The notes: generated by a model not told the origin, from the letters alone. DNA of 26,783 nt from Gammaproteobacteria bacterium (GCA_003454335.1 DMKK01000244.1:5030-31812); one strand, 5' to 3'; shown: positions 15,693-24,975, numbered from the stretch's first letter. A program made the numbers and translations.

Positions 15693-15827
15693 ATGACAAA
15701 AACAACCGATCAATACAATGGCATCAGCATAGCCCGCACAGCCGTGGCCCGGACATCAAAGAACCCGGTAATGTTGCAGGCAAACCCACACACCTCGCCA
15801 TGCATTCATCTGCAGCGCCACCAGTGA
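15693..15827 (+). CDS. Putative small ORF (44 aa, MTKTTDQYNG...)
   Basis: GGAG RBS 6 nt before ATG, downstream of the 15592 promoter; no recognisable domain. Confidence 0.3.
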   Translation: MTKTTDQYNGISIARTAVARTSKNPVMLQANPHTSPCIHLQRHQ

Positions 15828-16104
15828 CATGGACGGCCTGAACAAACTGATGAGTGGATTGCGGATATTGATGTCTGCCGCGACGCTCTATAAACAGGGC
15901 GGTATCGCCGGTACCGGGCTATTGAGCGAATAAAATCATGGTTTCCTGCTGGCGCAGGCAGTGCGCGCCGTCACCAGGCAACAAACTACCTATGGTATTC
16001 GCGTCTGCGGATGTCATAGCCATCAAGATGCTACTCATATAAACCCCGGTCTGCAGCGGCTATAATCATAGTCACAACAGCACACCGGGTTACAGCAACA
16101 GCAG

Positions 16105-16722
16105 ATGGGTATCTACCACAAGCACGTCCTTCCCAGGATAACGCACTTTCTGTGCGGCCTGAAACCGGCCATGAAACAACGCGCAACAGTGGTACCACTG
16201 GCCACCGGCCGGGTACTGGAAATCGGTATCGGCACAGGGCTCAACCTGCCTTTCTATTCACCGGACAAAGTAAAACATCTCTGGGGGCTGGATCCCTCCA
16301 GAGAGATGTGGAATCTGGCGAAAGATAACCGCGAACCCGTTGACTTCGGCATGGAATTCATCCAGGCATCCGCATGCGACATACCACTGGCAAACAACAG
16401 CGCGGACACCGTACTGATCACCTATGCCCTCTGCAGTATTCCTGAAGTCGCCCTGGCCCTGGAAGAGACTCGCCGGGTACTCAAACGTGACGGACAATTG
16501 ATATTCTGCGAGCATGGTGCTGCGCCCGACCACAGTGTGCGTCGCCGGCAGGACCGGATGAACCCGCTCTGGACCCGGCTGGGCGGTGGTTGCAACCTGA
16601 ACCGGGAGATACCGTTGCTGCTGGAACAGGGTGGCTTCCGTATCAACCAGCTGGACACCAGGTACATCCCGGGATGGAAGCCGGCCTGTTTCAATTACCG
16701 GGGTACCGCCAGAACGTATTGA
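16105..16722 (+). CDS. Class I SAM-dependent methyltransferase (METTL7/UbiE-like)
   Basis: GRVLEIGIGTGLNLPFY, DTVLITYALCSIP, EHG.APD, GGCNLNR motifs; TATAAT at 16061. Confidence 0.9.
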   Translation: MGIYHKHVLPRITHFLCGLKPAMKQRATVVPLATGRVLEIGIGTGLNLPFYSPDKVKHLWGLDPSREMWNLAKDNREPVDFGMEFIQASACDIPLANNSADTVLITYALCSIPEVALALEETRRVLKRDGQLIFCEHGAAPDHSVRRRQDRMNPLWTRLGGGCNLNREIPLLLEQGGFRINQLDTRYIPGWKPACFNYRGTARTY

Positions 16723-16774
16723 TAGCTTGACTCGCTCCCTCGAGGAAACCTTGGAATCACTTGCTCTTTACCAC

Positions 16775-16807
16775 AAAAAACGGCTTCCCATAAAACATGG
16801 GAAGCCG
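16775..16807 (-). terminator. Rho-independent terminator for the PKD gene
   Basis: 11-bp stem CGGCTTCCCAT/ATGGGAAGCCG with A6 on the left (U-tract on the minus strand). Confidence 0.75.
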
Positions 16808-16839
16808 GTACGGGGTAAAAATATAGTCGGTGTGACTGA

Positions 16840-18180
16840 CTACTTGCGTTTTCCTTTTCTGACAGTGATGGTGATGGAGCCAGTGGCCTGCATGCCCATA
16901 TCGTCAGTGACAGTCAGAGTTACCGGATAGGTGCCAGGAGTGGCAAATGTATGCTCCAGCGGACCTGGATCAGTACTGAAACTTCCATCCATAAAATCCC
17001 AGGCATGATCAGTAATGGTTCCATCGGGATCATAGGAACCTGATGAAAAGCTCACCCTCAGAGGTGCCTTGCCTGAAGTCACATCTGCACTAACAACAGC
17101 CACAGGCACCTGGTTTTGTACAGGTGGCGATGCTGATATCGTGCCAGTACTCAGGACAAATCCATGCGACGCGCCATTCAGTGTACCAGTACCAACAATA
17201 TCACCATAATCATTAATAGCAGTGGCAGACGTCAGAACCCAACCCTCAGCTAACATCGTTTCATGAAGGTCGGTTATTGCACCCGCGCCGTCCCAGATAA
17301 CAGCATGATTTCCAGCAGCGGATTCAGAGTAACCGACGACCTCGTTGTGCTCATTAATATCAGAAGCGTGACTGTGTAAACCTCCTTCCAGAACCGGCAG
17401 AACAGTCAAATTGTCTGTGGGCGCACTGTAGTCATAAACAAACGCACGCGAATAAATAACGGGGGTTACCCTTGTATTGTTTGCGGTAGTGCCGGCAATC
17501 ATATTGTTGTCATTGATATCAACAGCACGCCCTCCGTAGGTAGGCAGATAAACGACATCGGCAAGATCATTCACGGTTACATTTGGGTCAATCAAAATGG
17601 CTGCTGACCCCGCCAATCCGTAACGATATTTATAACCAACCGTATAACCCCCGGTATTAATACCGTTCAGGATAAACCTGTCCGCATAGACATCTTCACG
17701 TGTTCCGCGTGGGTATAACTGCGCAATATCGTAGACATCCCACTTGTTGCCATTAAATATGGCGGGATTGTAAGGCAGTGATCTTGGCTGAAGCCGGTTT
17801 ATTCCCACTTCATATCCTGCTACCTCACCCGCCTGGTTAATCCCGAAAGCACCGTGGTCACTCCATTGACGAGCACCAATAAAAGCACCGTCAATCGTAC
17901 TACCGGCAACCAGCCCGGCATCATTCACTGCATTGGCACTGGTTCCACCCTTGATAAGCTCAATGCCGCTGCCTGAAGACCAGCCAAATGCAGTGGCTGG
18001 ATACTGATCCGTATTACTGGAACCAACAACGACACCCATATTATTAATGGCCCTGGGCTCCACATTTGCACCAAGATCGATCAACTCGTATGCCAGCGCC
18101 GGTGAATTCGCCATTACGCCCAAAAGCGCCGCAGGAAGTAAAAATTTGAAAAAGCCGTATCGGATATACCTGTTCATCAT
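16840..18180 (-). CDS. Secreted HAF-repeat (beta-propeller-like) protein with C-terminal PKD domain
   Basis: Signal peptide from ATG 18180; repeated A..IN..G.VVG.S and HAVIW motifs; PKD: P.A.+.AD..SG.APL.V.F..GS.DPDGTI....WDF.DG......HT+..PGTY.VTLTVTD..G. Confidence 0.85.
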   Translation of the reverse strand: MMNRYIRYGFFKFLLPAALLGVMANSPALAYELIDLGANVEPRAINNMGVVVGSSNTDQYPATAFGWSSGSGIELIKGGTSANAVNDAGLVAGSTIDGAFIGARQWSDHGAFGINQAGEVAGYEVGINRLQPRSLPYNPAIFNGNKWDVYDIAQLYPRGTREDVYADRFILNGINTGGYTVGYKYRYGLAGSAAILIDPNVTVNDLADVVYLPTYGGRAVDINDNNMIAGTTANNTRVTPVIYSRAFVYDYSAPTDNLTVLPVLEGGLHSHASDINEHNEVVGYSESAAGNHAVIWDGAGAITDLHETMLAEGWVLTSATAINDYGDIVGTGTLNGASHGFVLSTGTISASPPVQNQVPVAVVSADVTSGKAPLRVSFSSGSYDPDGTITDHAWDFMDGSFSTDPGPLEHTFATPGTYPVTLTVTDDMGMQATGSITITVRKGKRK

Positions 18181-18216
18181 TATTACCCTTAAGTAAAAAG
18201 AAACTATAAGCGGCAT

Positions 18217-18249
18217 ACGATAGCGAGCCCACCTTAAGGCAAGATTAAC
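18217..18249 (-). promoter_or_regulatory. PmrA/QseB-type box plus -10 for the PKD gene
   Basis: Minus strand GTTAAT-CTTGC-CTTAAG, 10 nt, TATCGT. Confidence 0.5.
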
Positions 18250-18371
18250 AGATGGGATAAAAGACAGATCGTGGTCTATACTTACCAGACAGAGAGGCCA
18301 GCTACGGACGATAGTGTGGCCCTGAGCGAGTTCCACCGTGTGAACATCTAAAAGCAAAAAAGCAAACAACC

Positions 18372-18641
18372 ATGAAAAAGACACCCGATATCCCAGGTAT
18401 CCCCGGCATCACAGCAGGTCAATTCAATCAGGATACCCTTCAAGAAGAATCAACCGCAGCCCCCGGGGTGGTCATATTGGAAATGAAGCCCGAGAGACGC
18501 TACTTCGGTGAACATACCAGGCGAATGGCAGAACTGAAAAAGAGGGCGGCACTTCAGGAAAAAGTCATTACCAGGATACTGGAAAGAAGTGTTGAGAAAC
18601 CTGCCCACCCCAAAAAACCACAACTAAAAGTTATCAAGTAG
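18372..18641 (+). CDS. Small hypothetical basic protein
   Basis: 89-aa ORF directly upstream of the globin on the same strand; no recognised domain. Confidence 0.5.
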   Translation: MKKTPDIPGIPGITAGQFNQDTLQEESTAAPGVVILEMKPERRYFGEHTRRMAELKKRAALQEKVITRILERSVEKPAHPKKPQLKVIK

Positions 18642-18662
18642 CACAAAACCTCACAGGAGAAC

Positions 18663-19043
18663 ATGATGCCCGATCAGGAAAAAACCCTGTATGAACGCCT
18701 TGGTGGCTACGATGCGATTGCCGCAGTAGCAGGCAACCTGCTGCCACGACTGGAGAACGACGCACAACTCGGACGTTTCTGGGCAAACCGGGGGGATGAC
18801 GGCATTGCGCGCGAAAAACAGTTACTGATCGATTACCTGTGTAGCAGCGCAGGCGGACCAATGCTGTATACCGGACGCGACATGCTGACCTCGCACAGGG
18901 GCATGGGCATCACCGAAAGTGACTGGCAGATATTTATCGAGCATATAAAGGCAACGCTGGCCGAATTCCAGGTGCCACAACAGGAGCAGGATGACGTGCT
19001 TGCCTTTATCGACAGCACCAGGGCCGATATTGTCGGCGTATAG
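18663..19043 (+). CDS. Group I truncated hemoglobin (trHbN/GlbN-like)
   Basis: TLYERLGG..AI, GGP..YTGRDM..SH.GM.IT..DW..F motifs; AGGAG RBS. Confidence 0.92.
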   Translation: MMPDQEKTLYERLGGYDAIAAVAGNLLPRLENDAQLGRFWANRGDDGIAREKQLLIDYLCSSAGGPMLYTGRDMLTSHRGMGITESDWQIFIEHIKATLAEFQVPQQEQDDVLAFIDSTRADIVGV

Positions 19044-19161
19044 CGCTTTTCCCGGCACGGGCATGCATCCAATGGGTATCTAAGGATCAGTTTGTTATAA
19101 TAACGACCAGACTCGTTCGCGCCACGGGCCAATAAATAACAACACTCGAGGAGCCCATACT

Positions 19162-22100
19162 ATGCGTATAGCCATACTTGAGCGGCCTATAGCACTACTA
19201 TGTTCCCTGTCAGCAGCCATGCTGCTGTCGACAACCGCCTGGTCAGCAATCACGACCATTAATCCCGGCCAGGACAACACTATGGCTGAGGAACTCCCGG
19301 ATAACAGCTCCGGGGAGTGCGATTCCATCTTCTCGGGAAACACGGATAACGGTATTGGCACTGCCCGGCGTGCATTGATGCAATTCGATCTCTCCAGCAT
19401 CCCTGCCGGCTCTACCATCAACAGTGTCACCCTGGAGATGAATGTAACCCGTGGCAGTAACCACGTCGATTCGACCTTCACCCTGCACCGGGTCACTATG
19501 GCCTGGGGAGAAGGCGCGAATACCTGCGGCCCCCGCGGCGGTGGCCAGGGTGAGGCCGCGGTGAATGGAGCCGCCACCTGGAACAATGCAGAAACAGGTA
19601 TCAATACCTGGAGCAATCCAGGCGGTGACTACAACGGCACTGCCAGCGGCAGCACGCTGGTCAACAGCACGACCCCGGTCTGGAGCAGCACCATCGACAT
19701 GGTCAGCGATGTCCAGGGCTGGCTGGATGGCACTATTAACAATTATGGCTGGATACTGATCGGTGACGAGACCATCAAGACCACCGCCCGGCGCTTCGAC
19801 AGTAGCGAAGGTGGAAGCCCTCCGGCACTGCTGGTGGACTTTACTCCGGTCGGACCGGTCGAGGCCTGCTGCGAGACAGACGGCTCCTGTTCCCTGGCGG
19901 TCCAGGGCCAGTGTTCGGATACACCTCTGCCGGGCATCAACAGCTGTGAACCCAACCAGTGTCCGCAGCCGACCGGCGCCTGCTGCAACCTGGACGAGAC
20001 CTGCTCGGATAACGTCGACCGCCTCCTCTGTGAGGATAATGGCGGCAGCTTCCAGGACGAAAACAGCAGCTGCGGCCAGGGCAACGTCGACTGCGGCCTG
20101 ACCCCATTTGTCGAGGCGCTGCCCATCCCATCGATCCTGCAGCCAACCGGCACCAGCCCTGATGGTTACCCTCAATATACCATCGCAGTGCAGGAAGCGA
20201 CCCAGAGCGTGCACCCCGAGCTGCCGAACACCAACCTGTGGACCTACAATGGCGCCTGGCCTGCCTCAACCATCGTGGCCACCCAGGGCCAGCCCATTGA
20301 AGTCATCTACCAGAACAACCTGTCTGCCGGTGGTGGCGGCAATCGCGGCAACACCCTGCTGGAAGTAGACACTTGTTCGCACGGCCCGAACGACTGGGGA
20401 GACTCCAAGCGTATTGTTACGCATTTACACGGTGCCCATGTGCCAGCCCGTGTTGATGGCCAGCCGGAGTACACCATCCTGCCAGGTGAAATCGACACGT
20501 ATGTATACCCCAATACCCAGGAGGCCGGTACGGTCTGGTACCACGATCATGCACTGGGCATCACCCGTCTGAATGTCTACGGTGGCATGGCCGGGTTCTA
20601 TCTCATTGCCGATGCCGAAGACACCCTGGCTTCGAACAACGCCTTCGGCCTGCCCAGCGGCCAGTACGAGATAGGCATGGCCATCCAGGATCGCACCTTC
20701 AACGAGGACGGTTCGCTGTTCTACAACGCCCAGTTGGAGGACGCCTTCAAGGGTGACAAGCTGCTGGTCAATGGCAAGGTGTGGCCGTTCCTCATGGTCG
20801 ACCAGGGCAAGTATCGTTTCCGGATACTGAATGGTTCACAGTCCCGCGACTACAGCCTGCGACTGGAGAACATCACTGATCCGGGTAATGATCCGAGCTT
20901 CACGCTGGTCGGTACCGACCTCGGCCTGGTCAGCGCGCCAATCGATCTTGGTAACAATTACGGTATCCAGGCTCCTGCCGAACGCATGGACATCGTGATC
21001 GACTTCGAGGGCTTCCCTACCGGTACCGAGATCATCCTGCGCAACGACGAACTAACCCCGCCGCTGCTGCCTAATGTGATGAAGTTTGTCGTAACGGGCA
21101 ACACTGGCTACACCGGGAGCATATCACCAACCCTGCGCACGGTGGATCCGCTGCAGGAGAGCTCCGCCGACGTCACCCGATACTTCCGCCTCGCAAAGGT
21201 TACTGCACCCTGTTCGAACGATCCGGGCCGCACCGTCAACGAGTGGCTGGTCGAATCGCTGGACGGGCCGGGTGGCAACGTGATTGGCGCACACTGGGAT
21301 GACCTGTCCGAATTCCCGATTCTTGGTAACCGCGAGGTGTGGGAGTTCGAAAACCCGACAAACTCCATGCACCCGATGCATGTCCACCTGGTGCGCTTTC
21401 AGATACTGAGCAAGACGGACCTCAATACGGGCCAGCCAATCCCGCTGGAGCCCTGGGAGGTCAACACCTGGAAGGATATCGTACGCATTCCGGCCAATGC
21501 CTCGGCGCGCATCATCATGGACTTCGAGGACTACCCCGGGCGCTTCCCGCAGCACTGTCATATCCTCGATCATGAAGACCACGAGATGATGCGGCAGTTC
21601 CAGACCCGCTATGATCCAGCCATATGCGACAATAATGGTAGCTGTGATCCGGGCGAGGACTGTCAAAGCTGTCCGAACGACTGCGTGCAGGTTAGTGGTG
21701 CCCTGTGCGGTAACGGACTGTGTGAAGGCGGTGATGGCGAAAACTTTACTACCTGTCCGGCAGATTGCGCCGGCAAGCAGACTGGTTCGGCATCCAAGCA
21801 ATTCAGCTGTGGATTTGACGACGGACAGGTCACCAACCCGATCGGATGTGGCGTCGATGTTAACGATGATCGCTGTATCGACGCAGGCAACAGTCTGTTC
21901 TGCCGTGTGACTGGACGCCTGTCGGCCTGCTGTGGTGACAAACTCTGCGAGGGTGCGGAGGACATCTCAAGCTGCAAGAACGACTGTGATCCCAATGTCT
22001 GCACGCCAACGGAACCGGGCGTGGAATACAGCTGTAGTGACGGCGAGGACAACAATTGCGACGGCCTGATCGACACGGCCGACCCGGACTGCCTGGACTC

Positions 22101-22575
22101 GGATGGCGACGGGCTGACCAATGCCTACGAGATCAATATTTCCGGGACCAACCCCACCAATATCGACAGCGATGGCGATGGACTGGTCGATGGTAATGAT
22201 GGCGTAGTGCTCGCCGGAACGGGTGACGTGGATGCCAACGGCGATGGTTTTGTCGATGGTGAGCAGACTGAGGGCACAGATCCGACTAAAGCGGACACCG
22301 ACGGTGATCTGCTCAACGACGGACTGGAGGTTGCCAACGGTTCCAATCCGCTTAACCCGCTCAGCTGGCCAATCCTGGCTGACGGGGATTGCGCACCCTA
22401 CGACGCACCAAACGCTCAGCTGGATGGAGGCGATCTGGTGGTCGCAATGCGGCTGGCACTGGGGCTGGAAACGACCCGGACACTGGAACTGGCACACTGT
22501 GACCTTGGCATACCCAACGGCGTTATCAATGCCGCTGACGTCCTCTTGCTGATACAGATGTTACAGTCGCCATAG
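19162..22575 (+). CDS. Large secreted multicopper oxidase (CotA/bilirubin-oxidase-like core) with DNRLRE-like, Cys-rich, TSP3-like and dockerin-like domains
   Basis: All Cu motifs present: THLHG, WYHDH, HPMHVH, HCHILDHEDHEMM; Sec signal peptide; RAL+QFDLSSIP.GSTI.SVTL; DxDxDG repeats; C-terminal paired GD...DGGD/D....NGVINAAD loops; GAGGAG RBS. Confidence 0.9.
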   Translation: MRIAILERPIALLCSLSAAMLLSTTAWSAITTINPGQDNTMAEELPDNSSGECDSIFSGNTDNGIGTARRALMQFDLSSIPAGSTINSVTLEMNVTRGSNHVDSTFTLHRVTMAWGEGANTCGPRGGGQGEAAVNGAATWNNAETGINTWSNPGGDYNGTASGSTLVNSTTPVWSSTIDMVSDVQGWLDGTINNYGWILIGDETIKTTARRFDSSEGGSPPALLVDFTPVGPVEACCETDGSCSLAVQGQCSDTPLPGINSCEPNQCPQPTGACCNLDETCSDNVDRLLCEDNGGSFQDENSSCGQGNVDCGLTPFVEALPIPSILQPTGTSPDGYPQYTIAVQEATQSVHPELPNTNLWTYNGAWPASTIVATQGQPIEVIYQNNLSAGGGGNRGNTLLEVDTCSHGPNDWGDSKRIVTHLHGAHVPARVDGQPEYTILPGEIDTYVYPNTQEAGTVWYHDHALGITRLNVYGGMAGFYLIADAEDTLASNNAFGLPSGQYEIGMAIQDRTFNEDGSLFYNAQLEDAFKGDKLLVNGKVWPFLMVDQGKYRFRILNGSQSRDYSLRLENITDPGNDPSFTLVGTDLGLVSAPIDLGNNYGIQAPAERMDIVIDFEGFPTGTEIILRNDELTPPLLPNVMKFVVTGNTGYTGSISPTLRTVDPLQESSADVTRYFRLAKVTAPCSNDPGRTVNEWLVESLDGPGGNVIGAHWDDLSEFPILGNREVWEFENPTNSMHPMHVHLVRFQILSKTDLNTGQPIPLEPWEVNTWKDIVRIPANASARIIMDFEDYPGRFPQHCHILDHEDHEMMRQFQTRYDPAICDNNGSCDPGEDCQSCPNDCVQVSGALCGNGLCEGGDGENFTTCPADCAGKQTGSASKQFSCGFDDGQVTNPIGCGVDVNDDRCIDAGNSLFCRVTGRLSACCGDKLCEGAEDISSCKNDCDPNVCTPTEPGVEYSCSDGEDNNCDGLIDTADPDCLDSDGDGLTNAYEINISGTNPTNIDSDGDGLVDGNDGVVLAGTGDVDANGDGFVDGEQTEGTDPTKADTDGDLLNDGLEVANGSNPLNPLSWPILADGDCAPYDAPNAQLDGGDLVVAMRLALGLETTRTLELAHCDLGIPNGVINAADVLLLIQMLQSP

Positions 22576-22619
22576 GGAAGGCCTGCAGAACTGTAGTGTG
22601 ACCTCACGGCCAACGAAAC

Positions 22620-23087
22620 CTATTGCCAACCGATCACACTGTAGCCTTTATCGGACAGACATTTGTTGACGAATTTTATAAACAGCGGAGACTGCTCTGT
22701 TGACTGTATACCGCCGCGCACTGCCCCCGTGGCGGCACCTGCGGCTGCACCGGCCAATGCACGATTGCCAACATCACTGCTGCCACGTACCGCACCATAT
22801 ACCCCGGTCGATACTCCGCCGATGGCAGCACCACTGGCAGCCTTGCGCCCGACCTCCCCGTCCTTCGTCACATTAACACCCGAGGTACGTGCCAGCCGCA
22901 TGCACGCATCAATGTCCTGCTGCGAAACAGGTCCGCCAACCCGGTTCAGATGTTGATTGGGATACAGAACCGGGCGCTTTGGAGAGCTCGAACAGCCGGC
23001 AACACTTGCTGTTACAAGCACTGCAAACAACACGGCGAGCAGCGCCGCAGAATGCTTCCCTGATTGTCTTACTGCGCCAGCAGGCAT
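22620..23087 (-). CDS. Glycine-zipper lipoprotein
   Basis: Lipobox VAGC; GAAIGG..GA..GA..GAAAGAA.G zipper; C-terminal FV..CL..KGY.VIGW. Confidence 0.8.
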   Translation of the reverse strand: MPAGAVRQSGKHSAALLAVLFAVLVTASVAGCSSSPKRPVLYPNQHLNRVGGPVSQQDIDACMRLARTSGVNVTKDGEVGRKAASGAAIGGVSTGVYGAVRGSSDVGNRALAGAAAGAATGAVRGGIQSTEQSPLFIKFVNKCLSDKGYSVIGWQ

Positions 23088-23149
23088 AATATTTTCCTGT
23101 GATTACGGGGAGCGGGACCCGGTTATCCTACCTGTGCAACAATAGCCCT

Positions 23150-23782
23150 GTGAAGACCCGATTCAAACAATCACTGTTTATCACCGTTGCATTCGTCGCC
23201 CTGTTATTTGGTATTGAACTGCTTGATCGCAGTCTGAACCTGCAACTCCACCGCTTCGGGGTCTACCCGCTGGATCCGGTTGGTCTGCGAGGGATACTGT
23301 TTGCGCCCCTGATACACGGCACCTGGTACCACCTGCTATCCAACAGTTTTGCACTGCTGATTCTTGGCACCGCGCTACTATACGGCTACCCGCGTGCCGC
23401 AAAACCCGTGCTGGCACTTGTCTATATTGGCTCCGGCATCGGTGTCTGGCTGTTCGCCCGGCACAGCTATCATTTCGGTGCCAGCGGTCTGACGCATGGC
23501 ATGATGTTTTTTATTTTCACCACCGGCATCCTGCGCCGGGACAAATTGTCTGTTGCCCTGTCCCTGATTGTGTTTTTACTGTACGGCAACATGGTATGGA
23601 GTATCTTTCCGCAGGAACCGGGCATCTCCTATGAAAGTCATTTCTTCGGTGCCGTCACCGGGATACTGGCGGCGTTCCTGCTCCGTGACCGTGACCCGGC
23701 GCTCCCGGTAAAGACCTATGACTGGGAAGATGAAGAGACTGACAGCGAGGCTGATGATCCACTTAAGGAACGGCAGGATTAA
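23150..23782 (+). CDS. Rhomboid-family intramembrane serine protease
   Basis: H...YHL..N, GASG catalytic Ser, S.ESHFFGA catalytic His; GTG 23150 preferred as start. Confidence 0.92.
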   Translation: MKTRFKQSLFITVAFVALLFGIELLDRSLNLQLHRFGVYPLDPVGLRGILFAPLIHGTWYHLLSNSFALLILGTALLYGYPRAAKPVLALVYIGSGIGVWLFARHSYHFGASGLTHGMMFFIFTTGILRRDKLSVALSLIVFLLYGNMVWSIFPQEPGISYESHFFGAVTGILAAFLLRDRDPALPVKTYDWEDEETDSEADDPLKERQD

Positions 23783-24975
23783 CCGAACTGACCATCCGTA
23801 CGGGGCTGGAACAACATGGGCAGAAACGCCCACAGGAACAGGGAAAAGGCAAGCACCCACAACACCTGTGACACACCGACCCAGAGTACGTAGTGTGCCG
23901 CATCGAACCATGGCAACGCTACCCGGATCACGCTGCCAATAGCCAGCAACCCAAACATCCACGCCACCGCAGCCGGTGGCTCGAGGATATTCCTGCCGGT
24001 ATGCCCGAGCGTCACGCGCGCCATCATACCAATGGTGAACAGACCAACGCCGCCATAGGTAAAGGCATGCAGGGGCAGAAACGGCGAAATACCGAGCACA
24101 TACACGGCCACCTTGAGGGCAAAGCCGATCGCCACGGCCACATAGGCCAGGTACAACACCCACAGCAGCGGCTTCCCCCAGATACCCGCCGCATACCAGT
24201 TCGCGAGGCGGATGACATGCAATACACACAGGGCGCCCGCCAGCGATGCCACTAACAGGGAATCAGGCTCAACAATGTCAGCAATCCAGAAGGCAAGAAA
24301 CAGGAACAGGCTGGCCCCATCCAGCCAGGCACTATTAGTCAGCTTAACTGGCTGATCGACACCGCGTTCAATGAAGAATGGCAACACCCGGCGCGACATA
24401 ACAAAGATCAGTGCCAGAATCAGATACACGCCCGAGTACAGGCCGGCCTGTACACCCCAGGGATAAATTTCCAGCACACCGGCATAAAACAGCAGATTGG
24501 CAAGCGTCAGTAACAAAACCTTTGAAACAACACCAATCTGCTTGAACTGTCGCACCTTGAAGACGGGCCAGGCAAGCGCAAGTACCAGCAAGATATTGAA
24601 CAGGCCATCAGCAAGGGCAGCCCATGCCAACAGGCCGGTACCCCCGACAAGCAACAACAGGCGTGCAGTGAACCAGAGCAGAAACAGCAGCAACAGGGGT
24701 AACCCATACAGTGTCTGTACGCCGGTCCAGTTCTTTACGGCCGTCAACAGAAACCCGGCAATTACAGCCAGGCCATAACCGTAAATCATCTCGTGGGCAT
24801 GCCAGGTTGTTGCTGGCAAGCCGACCTGCGGCCATTGCCAGCCAAATATATATATACCCATCCACACCAGCACGGAAAGCACCGCAAAGACTGCGGCGCC
24901 CGCAAAGAACGGACGAAACCCCAGATTCAGGATGGCAATGCCGGTGTGCCGGGCAGGCTGATCGATATTAATCAT
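23779..24975 (-). CDS. nnrS: NnrS family protein
   Basis: LGFRPFF, WHAHEM+YGY..AV+AGFLLTAV.NWTG, LHA.T.GG+G...+GMMARV.LGHTGR motifs. Confidence 0.95.
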   Translation of the reverse strand: MINIDQPARHTGIAILNLGFRPFFAGAAVFAVLSVLVWMGIYIFGWQWPQVGLPATTWHAHEMIYGYGLAVIAGFLLTAVKNWTGVQTLYGLPLLLLFLLWFTARLLLLVGGTGLLAWAALADGLFNILLVLALAWPVFKVRQFKQIGVVSKVLLLTLANLLFYAGVLEIYPWGVQAGLYSGVYLILALIFVMSRRVLPFFIERGVDQPVKLTNSAWLDGASLFLFLAFWIADIVEPDSLLVASLAGALCVLHVIRLANWYAAGIWGKPLLWVLYLAYVAVAIGFALKVAVYVLGISPFLPLHAFTYGGVGLFTIGMMARVTLGHTGRNILEPPAAVAWMFGLLAIGSVIRVALPWFDAAHYVLWVGVSQVLWVLAFSLFLWAFLPMLFQPRTDGQFG

